A stretch of 64,000 nucleotides of DNA from Selaginella moellendorffii (taxonomy: Eukaryota; Plantae; Lycopodiophyta): positions 1,371,544-1,435,543 of the forward strand of contig NW_003314269.1 of the NCBI RefSeq assembly GCF_000143415.4, written 5' to 3'. Below are positions 29,701 through 43,183 of the stretch, one piece after another. Each line of letters starts with the position of its first letter. The first letter of the stretch is position 1. The notes below the pieces were generated by a model. It saw only the letters and a list, made by a program, of their open reading frames with translations, had not been told where the DNA came from and searched no databases. A program made the position numbers and the translations under genes.

Positions 29701-30925
29701 ATGGAGCCCAAGACGCTGCGATTGCTGCGCCATGGCGAGGCGTTCCACAACGTGGAGGGGGAGATCTTGCTCCAGATTGGGAGCGCGTGGAAGGTACTGT
29801 TTGACGGGCGGTGGAGGCGCCTGAGGATCAGCCACATCGTTAGGGCGTTGCGCTGCGTGTGGAATCTCATGTTCTGTAGCATTTTGCTCCAATCTTCTAA
29901 AGTCACTACTAGCTCTAACAAGCCGACTACTAGTTACTACGAGCACACTGATGCAAGCCTAACGTCCACTGGCTGGCAGCAAGTAAGTCAAATCTCTCTC
30001 GATCTCCTCTGATTTTTTTCTTTCTGCCAGGCTGAGCAGCTTGGCAAGGAACTTGAGAGTTCTGGAGTGAGAGATCGTGTTAGCCTTGTTGTGGTCTCAC
30101 CCTTAACTCGGTATGATACTTTGTCTTTCCTTTTCTTTGTTTCTTTTGCGATGAGATTTCTGTCCAGGACGTTGCAAACAGCGGCCGGTGTGTTTGGAGG
30201 AGGCAATCACTCTGATGTTTCACAACTTCTGATGGTGGATTTCGCTGGAAGGTGTCCTCACCCGGCAATCTCCAGCTCGGGCTCTCCGCCTTTCGTTGCG
30301 GTAGAGCTTTGTAGGGAGGAAATGGTAAGATTTCCCTATTGGAGAGGAAGAAAAAATATAATCTTGTGAAACAACAGAGCGTGATGCCTTGCGATCACAG
30401 GAGTTCCAGGAGTAAAAACGAGCTTCAATTCCCTGGGATCGATTTCTCTGAGGTAAGCGTAAAATTCAATACTGGCTTACTGTCTGGAGTAGATTGAGCA
30501 AGACCAAGACGAGTTGTGGAGGCCTGATGTCAAGGAAACTGAAGAAGAGCTCGGCAGAAGAACTAGAGCTTTCCTCGAATGGTATGAATTCTGTAACTTC
30601 TCCTCCTCCTAACTAGTTGGTTTATTGCTGCAGGCTGTCCAATCGTAAAGAGAAGGATATAGCTGTGGTCTCTCACGGAGGATTTCTGGTCAATTTGCTC
30701 ACTAAGTTTGGCGACAAGAACGTCAACACTACAAGGTGACGAGGTTTTTCTCTTCTAAAACTCACCCGAGTCCGTGTGCAGGTACGCAAATTGTGAGCTA
30801 CGTAGCGTGGAGTTTCGGTGAGTGTTTTCTAAACAAGTTTATGGGATATTTGATCCATGATTCGATGCAGCAAGGTTCTCACCCAGTCGGGAAGCGGATA
30901 CACGTTTGAACTCTCTCCGACCTGA
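29701..30925 (+). CDS. Phosphoglycerate-mutase-like histidine phosphatase (At5g64460-type), ~9 short exons
   Basis: LLRHGEAFHNVEG, DASLTSTGWQQ, VVVSPLTRTLQTA, VELCRE, PCDHR, IAVVSHGGFL, YANCELR are linked by GT-AG introns; stop TGA at 30923-30925. Confidence 0.92.
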
Positions 30926-30941
30926 TAGAGGCTTGAGCATT

Positions 30942-31088
30942 GTCATGTTTAGAAGAGCTTCAGCTGCAGTCTTTCTCAGCTAAATTAGCAGCCCCGTTTG
31001 GCCATATTGTCAAGCAGATCTCCAGCTCCATCTTCAAGCAGAGGCCGTGAATGAGCCTGGTATGTGATCGCGTTGGGAGGAGTACACA
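30942..31088. pseudogene. Scrambled PPR 3'-end fragments in opposite orientations
   Basis: ~30942-30989 resembles 19086-19153 (+); ~30990-31088 resembles the reverse complement of ~18869-18975. Confidence 0.7.
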
Positions 31089-34000
31089 GTTTATTAGAGA
31101 AGCCAGTCCTTGCAATCCAGAATCCAGTGACGTGCTGCGCGTACGGCAGGAACAACATCTCAATAGATTGGCCGAGAGTTTATGTAGTGTGCGAGACATT
31201 AGGTCCTTTTTACCCGAGGCTTCAGATACTGGCGAGCAACAGAGCACTGAGCACCGTTCCTTGCAAAGTCCTCAATAGCCTGGAGGGACAGCGTTAATGT
31301 TTGAGAAGCTTGATTGATGCATAGATAAATGAGTAAATGTTTTGCCAACCTTTGAACACATCTTTTGTACTGGATGTTTAGTTTATAAAAGGTTAATTTA
31401 ATTAAAATTTTTACTTTATTAATTAATAGTTGGACTTTATGATAATATATTGTATTAATATATTTTTACTAGCACAAGTTGCATAAAAAAGAAAAGTTAA
31501 ATTTTTAAATTGTATTATTTAGTATTTTAAATGTACAATAACTTTAAAACCGTAAACAACTATTTTTAATAAATTTTTAAATAGATATAACTTTAAATTT
31601 TTTTTGCGTAGGATCTTTGCTGTGCGTACAGTGTCTGTCGACCGCATTCACGATCGCCAGGCACACCATATTATATGTGCCCATCAACATTGATTTAAAT
31701 AACTTTAAGTTATTTGAAAAAGACAGCTTTGAAAAAAACTTTTCAATGTATTAAATTATATTTTTACAATTTTTTAAAAAATATCAATTTTTATTATAGT
31801 ATATAAATATTTTATAAATATAATAAATATTTTCATTAGATATATTTTTTATTAAAGTTACTTCCTAAAACTTTTAATCTTTATGCACTATAGAAGTGTA
31901 GAAAAATATATCAATTTTACATTGATAATATATGTTTTTAGTGTTTATTAATGCCTATATAACTTAAAGTAATAGTAAGCATATGTATAGACATTTCAAG
32001 GCTAAATTAATACTATTATTTCTAATAATATTATATATTCATTTTTTTTATTCAATAGTAAACCCACTTGTTTGTCATAACCCTTAATTAATCTATTGCT
32101 AAAGGTAAGGTTATAGAAATGCTGAAGGTAAATTTACAAAAGTGCTGGAGGAAGTTATATATTGCTTCAATAATCATTATTCAACACAACTTTACTTAAA
32201 GAAATAATCTTAAAATACCAAATTCTTTTAAAGATCTATCAAACAACTAAAATAAAATTTGAATACAAGCAAGGTTTATTGCTATTGTTGTAATGTCTAT
32301 TGACTTATAAACTCTTTAATACTTTTAGTATTATTCAAACCTATGTATTTAAGACCTTTAGTTGATTGAAAAAAGGGGTACATTTTTATTTATGAGCTCT
32401 TTTCTTTTATATTTAAATCCCAATATTTCTTAAATCATTTATTTTTGTTTGCTTACAATCTACTACACTTCCTACAAGTGCACACCCTCATAAAATGAAG
32501 CTAAAAATTACAACTCTCCCAAAAGTTTTACTCTCTTTACCCTATCCTTAGTAAGAGGAAATGAAATTATTAGATATCAATTTCAATATATAATGTGATT
32601 CCTCTATCCTTGATAATATAATTTCCTTTTAATACTACTCAAAACCTATTTAAAACCTTTAATCATTTAGATAATAAGTGCATTTTTCACTATCCCTATA
32701 TTTGAACTCCAAATGACTATCTCTCAAACCAATATTTTTAATTTCTTATAATGCTCTTTGAATATTTTGTGGTTAATTGACAAGACTTAACCACTAATAG
32801 ATCTTATTATTTAATGCTACAATCCAATGGGCAAATTTAAGATTAGAGACCACTGTGGTTTATGTAGAATGTTTACTATCATTGATCTTCTTTCTTGGCT
32901 TAGATAATCCATTCAGAAATAGCTACTTGTTGTGAATTGATCCAATACACTAGTAGGAAAGTGAGCATCTCATAGAGGTGGCCACTTATGAGTTATATAT
33001 AGTATCTAAAGCAGCTGAAGAATGAGTGCCAAAGTTCAACCCTGACCTTCCTATGAAATTTATTGCAATAAATGTGGTATCTGATCTCACAACTAATGTT
33101 TTCACTTGAAAAATTCAATTCTTTAATAGGAATAACTTTATACATAAAACAAGGTTTATTAAACACCACAAAGCACCACCATCTCCTCAGTAAACTTGGT
33201 AGAAAGGTTAAGGTTAGCTTTGAGCACTTTCTCTTTTACTACTTTAGTTGTTATAAAGGGGTCTCCTTATGAGGGGCTGCCCCCTCTATGAATAATATCA
33301 TCTACCTATGTTACCACCTCCCTACAAGGGATCACCTTCTTTATGAGGGGCTGCCCCCTCAAGTGAGAATAGAATTATTAACTTCCATAGATCAGATGTT
33401 ACAAAGCTTACTTAACAATATAACTTCCACAAAATAACATGAAATATAACATTCACCTGGATTATATACTACTTCAGTGGCCTCTTTTCACACTCAAGCA
33501 TGTGGGATAGGGTAAGCTCAGTCAGAAACCTAATCACACTGACCAAGGACCTCCATCTCCTCATTCTTGGAGTGCCCACTTCTAGTACACACACATGGTG
33601 GACCTCTTCTAGCACTCGGGCCTAAAGACTGACCATTTGCTTGCCAACTTGAGCAACCCTGTAAGTTGGTGCTGTTGGCAATGACCCTTGCCACCTGCAA
33701 TGCAATACAACACCACGGTCTCGTTCTCGAGATTGAAATGATGAATGTGAAATGATGAATGGAGTTCTAATTCTTTTTTTACCTCTTATAAAAGATTCTA
33801 GAGGTGATGCTAAAACCTTCAACAGGAGCAGCACAGGTGATAGGAAATGTCACACACTAAACAATTAGCAAGCAAGGCATGGAGCATTATAGTTGCCAAG
33901 GCAGCAACTAGTAGAGAAATCTGTCATTGAGAATAAAAATTAATGTAATAGATCTCAGAAAAATTGGGTATGCTTTAGTTGGGAGCACAGCAAAAGTAGA

Positions 34001-34689
34001 GCCACAGTCAATATTAGCACCAATGCTATGTCTTATGCTTCTCAATTGGGCGTAACAATACTATAACTATAATATGTATTTCTGCCTAAAAGAATTTTTG
34101 AGTTCACAATAAATGCCAAGCAAGTTGACACTAGCTATCCATGTTGAGTATAAACTAACAACAATAAGTCATGCTGGCTTTTGAACAGGGATGAGAAATG
34201 AGAAAACCATCCCTTTTTACACCCTGCCCCCATCTTTTGTGTTTGTGCTGCCCAGCTCTCAGAAATGTTGATTGCACACTTGAATGATCTATACAGAAAT
34301 GAGTGATTCCAATTTAGGTTTTGCAAGCCTAGATACTAAAATCTCATCAATTGAATTTCTTTTGTCTTTCAAACTTTTTTGTGGCTAGATCCAGACATTC
34401 ATAAGCACAATTCCAGCCAAAGTGTCTTGTAGCATTGTAGGAGGTAATTGATTTTATAATGTTTAATCTATTGGGATTTTGTAGCTATATAGATGGCTTC
34501 TGGGATCTGATAGTTTTCTACATGTTTATAATTACTTCCTCAAACACAACAATTTCTATTTTGATACTATTCCAACTTAATTTTTAAAAAACTATGAAGT
34601 GTTTGCTGGGCAATTGTTAATTTATACATTAATGTGAAATAGATTTAGTAAGGGTTAGGGCATTAAAGGCAATTTGCAAAGGGCAAGCT

Positions 34690-36393
34690 ATGGCGCGAAC
34701 AGAGCAGGAGCGCTGTGGATGCGTCACAGGTTTGTGGTCTCTCTTTCGACCGAAAAAGGCGCACAAGGGCGACAACAAGGTCCAAGCTCAGGCAGTCTCG
34801 GGAGAAGCCATGGACGCGGCCGCCTTGAAGTTGAAGGAACTCAGGCGCGAGGTGAAAATCGTCTTAGAAGCGATACGACAGGAGCAAGGGCACAAGGAGC
34901 CGATCAAGCCGATAAGGCTGGAACAAGAGGAGGACAAGCACCAGGACGAAGAGGAGAATCAAGAGAAGAAAGCCAAGCAGTTGAAGGAGGAGGATCCGAT
35001 GAAGCCGACGAAGCCGATCAAGCTGGAACAAGAGGAGAACAACAAGGAGAATCAAGAGAAGAAACTGAAGAAGGAGGAGCAAGAAAAGAAAGCCGAGCAG
35101 GTGAACGAGGAGGAGAAAGAAGCCGATCAGATGAAGCCGATGAAGCTGGAACAAGAGGAGGAAAACGAAGCCGAGAAGCAGCTGAAGGAGGAGGAGCAAG
35201 AGAAGAAAGCTGAGCAGCTGAACGAGGAGGAGCAAGAGAAGCCGAACGAGGAGGAGAAAGAAGCCGATCAGACGAAGGAACTCAGGCGCGAGGTGAAACA
35301 GGAGCAAGGTCACAAGGAGCAGTCGCAGCTGGAACGAGAGGAGAAGAATCAGCCGAATCAGCCGATCAAGCCAATCAAGCCGATGAAGCAAGAGCTGGAA
35401 CAGGAGGAGCAGCAGCGGATGAAGCCGATGCAGCAGCAGTTGGAACAAGAGGAGGAGCAGACGATCAAGCCGATCAAGCAGCCGCTGGAACGAGAAGAGG
35501 ATCAGATGAAGCAGCAGAAGAATGACAAGCCCAAGCAGGAGGAACAGCGACCCAAGCCAATTCGACTGCCAGCCGGAGGTCGTCGTCCAGGTATGGTTCC
35601 TTTTGCTTCTCGCATTCTTCTTCTACTGTGACTCACGATGGACTTCTGGATTTGCAGGTTCCAGGCCAAAGATGGTTCGCTTCTCTTCCTCAGCGGAGGA
35701 CATTCTTCCCGACGGCACCCGACGGCGGAGTGAAACCCATCTTAGCGATGGCCGAGGGGGATATGTTGAGTTCGCATATCTCGAAGCTTTCCACAAGGCA
35801 AACCGGTGGCTAAACCAGAGGGGGAAAACCGAGAAGAAGATCCGCAGCTTGGAAGAGGAAAAGTACGAGGAAACGGAAGAGGAAGACGAGGAAAAGTCTT
35901 GGAGTGTTAGCGCGCTCCGGATTCTGATCAGACTCACCGAGCAGCTTTACGAGGAGCTCAACGGCAAATCCAGCGACCGAGAGAGGATCAAGCGAGCGCG
36001 GAAGATGATGAGGCTCCAGAAAATGCTGGATAGGATCCCGAGTGAGAGGAAACCCTGGAAGAAGCTTCAGTCCGGCGAGGTGGTCTTCGTGAAGGTGGCA
36101 AAAGAACTATATGATCGTGCGGGGAGAGATTTTGTTGCCGAATTCAAGAGGAGACAGGTAAGTTTGATATATCTTCCAGATTCCAGATGGCCGTTTGCTA
36201 ATAACTTCCGTGTTTGTTGTAGAGAGCTGGAGTGAACGATGAGTGTTTGTTTTGTCGGAACCATGATGGCGAGAAGATGATCGGCCAGGATGCAGTCTCA
36301 CCGAGGGATCAAGACGACATTGCTGCAAGGAAACTCACAAAGCGAGAAGACCGGCGAGGATGCAGCTTGCGAACTCTGATCAAAGCTCTCTAG
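34690..36393 (+). CDS. Lineage-specific E/K/Q-rich repetitive coiled-coil protein, probably 3 exons
   Basis: 313-codon ORF of KP(I/M)KP(I/M)KLEQEE repeats. GT-AG introns at ~35591-35658 and ~36158-36222 join ORF 35522..36235 and a final exon ending TAG at 36393. Confidence 0.6.
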
Positions 36394-36445
36394 TCAAGCA
36401 GCTGAGGCTGGTGTTCAGCTTACTGCAAAGACTATTAAGGGGGAC

Positions 36446-38560
36446 TACACTCTACAGTGTCTGGAACAAGGAGGTTTCTATTTTATCAGCTTTCCAGTCG
36501 ACGGAGATGAGACAGGAGCTACTGCTGCGGTATAATGTTCACAGCTTGAAGGAATAGTAGCAAGGGAAAGACTGCAACGAGATGGTGATAGCGAGAATAT
36601 GATATAGCTGAAGCTGCTCGTGACGTTGGGGGTATTCGGATTCACAGAGAAGACAGACTACGTTGGACGTTCTCTGTCATCTGGTAGAGCTATCTAGTTG
36701 ACGGAGACTTTGAAAACGGGTCAGGGCTGTCCAGGAATGCTCGTACAGCTGCTCGGGTGAAAGTATCAGGAAAGAACTCTGTGTCAGATTGCTGCAAGGG
36801 ACTCAAGAAGGATGATGATGGCAAGGAGATTAACTGAAAAACGGCTGCTGTTTGCCTGCGTTTAGTCTGGTATCTGCTGGAGCGAACTCTAAGACGACTA
36901 GGCCCTGGGTTTACCTGAAAAGAGAACACGAACAAACTGTTCTAAGCACGTCGAAGAAACGAGAAATGAAGTTACGAGCTCGAGAAGTTGGCTGCAAGGA
37001 TTGGTCAACTCGAGGCCAGTGCTCGGACTCTAGCATCGGAGAAGCCAACTCTCGAGAGTCAAATCCGGAAGTTGGAGCTGCGAGCCAAATCTCCAAGAAA
37101 GTTGAGCAGCACAGGAGCAGGCCACTAAAGCTAGAGACTAGCTAAGTCAAGAGAAGATCAACCTTCTCGAGGACTCGACTCCAAAGTTTCGTAGCTGTCC
37201 GAGATGCAAAAGTGGCGGGTGACGACCGTGTCTCGGGGCTCCAGGCGGAGAAGTCCATCACACTTTGGCGAACTTCGGCGTCTAAACATGCCAGAGACCA
37301 GCCTCCACACAATGGATCAAGTTGGGCCACACTCTACAGTGTCTGGAGCAAGGAGGGATCTATCTTATCGGCTTTCCAGTGGACGGAGATGATTCAGGAG
37401 CGCCTGCTGCGGTAAGGCTGTCCATGATAGTAGCGAGGAACAACAGAAACCAGTGTCAGATGGCTGCAAGATGGCAAGAAGACGATATAGCTGAAGCTGC
37501 TCGTGACCGGGGTTTCGGATGGCTGCGGAGACTATAAGACAGACTACGCTAGACGTTCTCTGTCATCTGGTGGAATGAGGGAAGTGTTTGGACAGGAGTT
37601 CCCAGGGGATAATGGCTGACGGAGTCGAATCCGCTGCACGAGGTAGAACTCGGCGAGGAGCACGTCGAGAAGAGGCGAGCCTGGAGAAGCAAGTAACTGG
37701 CAGCTGATGGAGAGGACCACGGGGCTTGAGACGCTCGAGGAGAGAGAGACGTGCCGGATGCAAAGCAAAACTTTGGGGAGACTGAACGAGGAGCTCTGAA
37801 GGATGAAGAAGACAAGCCGAGGAGAACCGATAAGAGAGCACATGGAGCGCCGAGCTCCAGAGGTTTGACGGATCAGATGGACGCTACATGCGACAAGAAG
37901 GAGCATAGGAAGGTGTGTTTTTGCGTGCTTCCGCTCGAGCTTCTCAGCACGATCAAGGCCTGAAGTGGCGGAAGCATTCCCTAACTGTCAGAGGTTCTAA
38001 GCACGTCGAAGAAACGAGAACGGAAGTTCGAGAAGTCTCGAGAGTCAAATCCAGAACAGAGGTGCAAGCCAAGTATATTGAAATCTCTGACAGCTCGAGC
38101 AGCACAGGGAAGCAGTAGCAAGCCTCCAAAGCGCGAGAGACCATTCTCCACACTCTTCTAAGTCAAGAGAAGATCAACCTCTTCGAGGAGATTTTCGGAG
38201 CTGTCCGAGACGGTGGCCGAGATGAAGCAGCTGAAGCTGTTGAAAGTGGCGGTGGACGACCGTGTCTCGGAGCAGTCGGCCAGCCGGGCTCTGGAAGTGG
38301 AGCAGAGTCCATCAAACGTCGGCGTGAGAACAGCGAGATGAACGAGAAGATGAGATGCCGAGACGGATCAAGACAAATCTCTCTAGTTGACGGAAACGGG
38401 AGGAGAGCTTCAATGCTGTCCAGGATCGCTCTTACAGGTGCTTGGATGATAGAAGATGATGATGGCAAGATGATCTCGAACTCGAAGAAGCTGCTTGTGG
38501 CGGTGGAGCCAGAGGTTCGGATTCACAAAGACAGGAGGCCGTCTCTTCGAGACTAAATAA
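36446..38560 (+). repeat. Patchwork of diverged direct repeats; probable decayed gene duplicates
   Basis: 36446-36690 resembles 37328-37570; 36939-37265 resembles 37994-38320. Confidence 0.7.
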
Positions 38561-40221
38561 ATAAAACATCTCAGAGACTACGCTAAGGAGCTGCTTATTC
38601 TGGTCAATTTGTGAGTATAACATTGAGAGATTATGTTTCTTTTCTATTTGGAAAATAGTCTGACTGCCAACTTGGTCCAGATCATAGGAGGCTGCCAGAA
38701 GAATATGTAAATGAGGGTGGAACAGGACTTGAAGCAGCGAAGCGTCAGAGATCATAAGAATCGAGCAAGTTGGAATGGAAAAGTGTAAGATGGTTTTAAA
38801 ACTTGGAGACAAAGGGAGCAGGCTGAAACAGCTAAGATCAAGCAGCAAAGATTGAGCAGCTTAAAGACGAAAAATTTCTTAAACCAAGCAGGGGCAGCAG
38901 CTTGAAAAATCGAAGTTTTAAGTTCGCCCAGCAGCAGCTTCAAAAAGCAAAGAGGAAGCAAGAGCAGCAGAATAGTTCAGACTCGTGATAGCTTTTTTTC
39001 ATATCCATTTTCTTTGATTTAGCTGTAAAAACGATGATTTAACGTTCAAATTTATAATGTTTCAATCTCCGAAAGGTCCGAGATCCGACTTTGATCCTAG
39101 CTAAAAGAACAAAACCTGCATTAAGTTGCAGTTTTTCTACTTTCAAAGACACAGTGTATGTAGTCTCTTGCGGGGCTTCTTCCGTATTCTCCAACAGAAG
39201 AAGATCCATCAATGTGTCCTCGTTGTAGCTACAGGAGTTCTTAGTGTGTGTATAGTTGCATAATGGATCCGAGCACGGGAAAGGTTGGCGAAGTAAAGGG
39301 ATTCTGTAATGATCAACAAAGGAGGCTGGTCAATCGAAGAACATATGTATAGGATCAGCAATTAAAACTCACAAACATGCAGGAGCAAGCTTGGCAACAA
39401 ACTGTTAATGTACACACTAAAAACTTGAGAACTACATACGATGACTTTGGGCAAATCTCCACTGTGAGAAATATAAAACTGCACTTCTTCTAAAGTCACC
39501 GTTCTTAAATGGACCGTCGAAAACTCTCGAGCTCCCTCGAAAGCCTCAGCAATTTGAGCCGCTGTAAAGCCTAGTGGGGTTCTACCTAGGGTCGCAATCT
39601 GTGCTCGCAGAATTTTTTAACTTCCGTAAGAGAATGTCTAGTATTAAAAAATAAAACTACAGTGCCCTTTATTCCTTGATTCTTTCCTCTGTGCAGTACA
39701 TGCTTGCAAGCCTGCCAAATCCATGGGCAAGCCTGAGTCGGGGTGCGCTCGTTGCCATCTCTCGCGTAAGCAAGCTTCCATGGGAGTCCAAACACACTGG
39801 CATTGATGTAGTAGGCGTCTAGATGTAACTCACCAAGTCGTCCATCTTGAAGTAGATTCTCTTTACTACGCTGGAAACTGAAATGGCGGCCGTGATCCGT
39901 CTTTTCAGCAATGTTCTTTTGAAGTTCAAAGGTTAAAGAATGAACTAGTAGTCCTGTAGGAATGGCAGCTCACACTAAAAAGAACTGAAACTTCTTGGTT
40001 TTTCCAAACACAGGTCATTTCAGGCGAGGATTCGGCTTGCATGCAGAGCAAGTCGTCTTTCCACGTTCTGCGCAAAGAATGAGGGAAATGGAAGGCAGAA
40101 AGGAATGGATCTCCATGAATGCCGCGTCTGGAACAAAGCGCCTCGCGAAATCTTCACTGCATGAGACGAGCTTCCTAGCGCGCTTTCCATTTAAATGAGG
40201 TGAAATTATGTGTTTTAGGGT

Positions 40222-41875
40222 TTATGTGGAGAGGTACCGGCAAGATCCATAGCCTGCATTGCCACGAGGTTAGCCATCGATCAATCGGGATAGGGTTTTC
40301 TCTTACTTGGATCGGTGATGGTGATCATGGCCGTGTCCTGGAAGTAGCAGTTCCACGAATTCCTCCCCATTTTCTGGAAGTAGCTATTGTAGACGAACGA
40401 GGCGTGCGAGAAGGCGATCTGGGGATCGAAGCAGCTCCCATTGCTCTGGATCGGCGAGCAATCGATCCCTCCCTCGGCGCAGGCAAAGGTTATCCCCTTC
40501 TCCAGAGCGGCGGCGTCGGCGCCGGGCTTGGCAATGCACCACTGCCGGACGCTGCTGGCCGAGGATCGATACATCTTCTGGTGGTGGTGGTGGTGCCGCG
40601 GGGGATTGATCGATCTCTTCTTCCTCCCCTTGCTCTTACTGGCGGCGCCGCTGGTACCACTGCCATTGCTGCCACTGTGAAGGACGTCGGAGCTATAGAC
40701 GGGGCTCCCGTTGGGCTGGAAGAGGCCGAAGTTCCTCTCGGACTTGGGGCCGGGCTTTTGGTCCTCGTTGAAGAGCGCGAAGATATAGACCTCGGTGGGA
40801 GAGCTCGGCCTCACCGGGGTGGTGCCCGAGGTGGAAGTTACGTGCTTGACGAGGTTCCGGATGTACTCTCGGGCATTCTCCACGCTAGCGCCGGTCTCCG
40901 AGTCGTCACCACTGGATGGCCAGCCGGTCTCGGACACGAGAAGAGGTATGCGGTCGAAGCCCAGTGACTGCATGGCGAAGTGGACGGCGTCGAGCTGGGC
41001 GTCAAACATGTTAGCGTAGCTCAGGCCCGACATGGGATCCAGTTCGCCTTTGGTGGAGCGGAAGAGCACGAAGTCGAGTGAGACCGACTTTGGGCTGGTC
41101 GAGTAGGCAAAGAAGGGGTAGACGTTGATCATGAAGGGATTGCCGGTGTCGTTGAGGAACTGGAGGAGCGGTGGCATGAGGGAGGCTCTGGTGGTGTCCG
41201 AGAAGGAGCCGTTTGATGGAGGGAAGGAGGAGCTGAGGACGGACATGGCGTGGGGCGTGGAGACTTTGATCCGTTTGTGGAGCTTGAGCTTCTCGAGGGC
41301 CGAATAGACGTTCTTCATGGCCGGGAGGAGGTTGGCCTTGAGCGCTCCATCGGTCTGCGAGAAGACTTCGTTGCCGACGGCGATGTGGGTGATGTTGGTG
41401 GCGGGATAGAAGCTGGCGACGGAGCTTGTGAGCCAGTTGAGAGCCTTGGATTGGTCCGAGGCGAGATCGGAGAGCATGTAGTTTGGAGCGGAGACGACGA
41501 GCGAGAAGTCTGTGTTGGAGAAGGCGCTTAGAACCGATGGCTCCGCATCGAAGAGCTTGACTTTGCGGATATCGGTTGCGGATGTGAGGAGCTGGAGGAC
41601 TTGGTTTGGCGGGGGGAGGTTGTCGGCAATCCGGCCATAGTTGACACCGACTTTGGATTCAAACAGGGAGCTCGAGGGAGACTTTTTGTTGCTGCTGGAA
41701 GGTCCTTCGTCATGCGTCTTTTTCCTCGATCGGCATTCGACTTCTCCTGGCAAGTACAAACAATCTCGTAAGTATTCTTTCCTTTCTGGAGTTCTAAAAC
41801 TTCATCTTTTACAGGTGAGGCAATACCTGAAGTGGTGAGAAGCAGGACCAGGAAGAACACAAACGAAGCAAGCAT
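40222..41875 (-). CDS. Glucan endo-1,3-beta-glucosidase (GH17) with C-terminal X8/CBM43 domain, 3 exons
   Basis: Signal-peptide exon MLASFVFFLVLLLTTS; VGVNYGRIADNLP, IAVGNE, INVYPFF, VSETGWPS, SERNFGLF; X8 domain WCIAK...DCSPIQ..GSCF...DPSYGSCRY. No GPI tail seen. Confidence 0.95.
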
Positions 41876-42561
41876 TGTTGCTGGCCTTCCTGTGCATGGA
41901 GCGTAGGAGAGAAGAGGTGCGTGTTTGCGATTTTATACCAGGAGCTCGCCATTAAATCCCGCAGGAGAGGTGCTCGGAGTGAGAGCTCCAACGAGCAGCT
42001 CGTATGCTTGCGAGTTTTTAAGAGCGCTTGTGGAAAAAGCGGGTGCTTGCGAAGGCTTTTTGCGAGATTGCGATGCCAAGATTGATGCCATCGTCGAGCA
42101 GGGTGGAGTGAGCAACAAAAGCGTTGCAATCTGGCCGGCCAGGCATTGATCGACCGAGCAGCCACGCTTTTTGGTCTTCCGGAAGTCGGCCTTAATGACT
42201 CTGGTGAAACCTCGTGGGAAAGGAATAACGTGAGACGAGCTTTCTTGTCAAATAAGAACGTATTACGTAACTTCCTCTTGTAGGAACTGTGTCAACGAGA
42301 ATTCTCCTCCATATTTGCATAGATGGAGATTGTCACTCTGTTTTTACATCTTGTGGTTCTAATCTCAGGTGAGCGAGCAATTATGTGGCGAATTCGGTGT
42401 TCGTGAATCTACTTCCGAGCTCAGTGTTTGACTCAAATTTCTATATAAGTTTCTGTCATCATCTTTGTAGAATATCAGATAAAAATCATAAGCTCTCAAG
42501 TTCTGTGCAAAACTACTTATGTTCAATTTATCTTTGTTTATAAGTTGCCAAAGATAGAAAT

Positions 42562-43183
42562 TCATTTTTTAACTAATTCTGGTGGTGGAGATTGGTACCA
42601 GTAGATTGGTGGCGATGGTGGAGGTGGGGATTTCACATGGTGGTGATGGGGTGGTGGCGGCGGTGGTGGTGGGCATTTGTATTCATATGCTGGTGGTGGT
42701 GGAGACTCGTATTTATACAGTGGCAATGGAGGTGAATACAGTGAGATTTGTACTCGTATGGAGCTGGCGGTGGTGGAGATTTCTCACATTTTGGTGGTGG
42801 TGGTGGTGGTGGTGGAGACTTGTACTGGTAAGGAGGTGGTGGTGGAGATTTGTGATGGTGAGGAGGTGGTGGCAATTCAACCGGTGGAGGTGGTGATTCA
42901 ACCGGTGGTGTTGGCAATTCCATCGGTGGTGGTGGGGATTTGTAGCAGTAAGGAGGTGCATTAGGAGGGCACAAACGATTTGGAAACCACCAGGGCCTTC
43001 TCAGCGATGGCCTCCAACAGAAGAAATCGATTGTGCTCTTGGAAATTCCAAAGCCAAAGTTCTTGGCGTCTCCAAAACTCCCTGCATTTCGATCCAAAAC
43101 CTCCTGAGATCCATCACATGTGACAGTATAAACCAGGAGGAGCAAAAGCATGTCTTGGAACCCACTGCTTTCAAAATAGTCAT
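42562..43183 (-). pseudogene. Extensin-like hydroxyproline-rich glycoprotein gene with frameshift(s)
   Basis: YKSPPPP / HHHKSPPPP repeats. After APYEYKS the SPPPP repeats continue in another frame to a TGA at 42562-42564. Confidence 0.7.

Noticed and set aside
33265-33362. Twice-repeated GAGGGGCTGCCCCCTC hairpin in decayed AT-rich DNA
   Set aside because: Probably a TE relic, but I found no termini, TSD or coding motifs to support a call.
34864-35448. 194-aa Leu-rich minus-strand ORF
   Set aside because: Antisense shadow of the GAG/CAG/AAG repeats of the E/K/Q-rich gene.
39100-40150. Possible small spliced gene on the minus strand
   Set aside because: Short coding-like stretches only; no consistent exon chain or recognisable domain.
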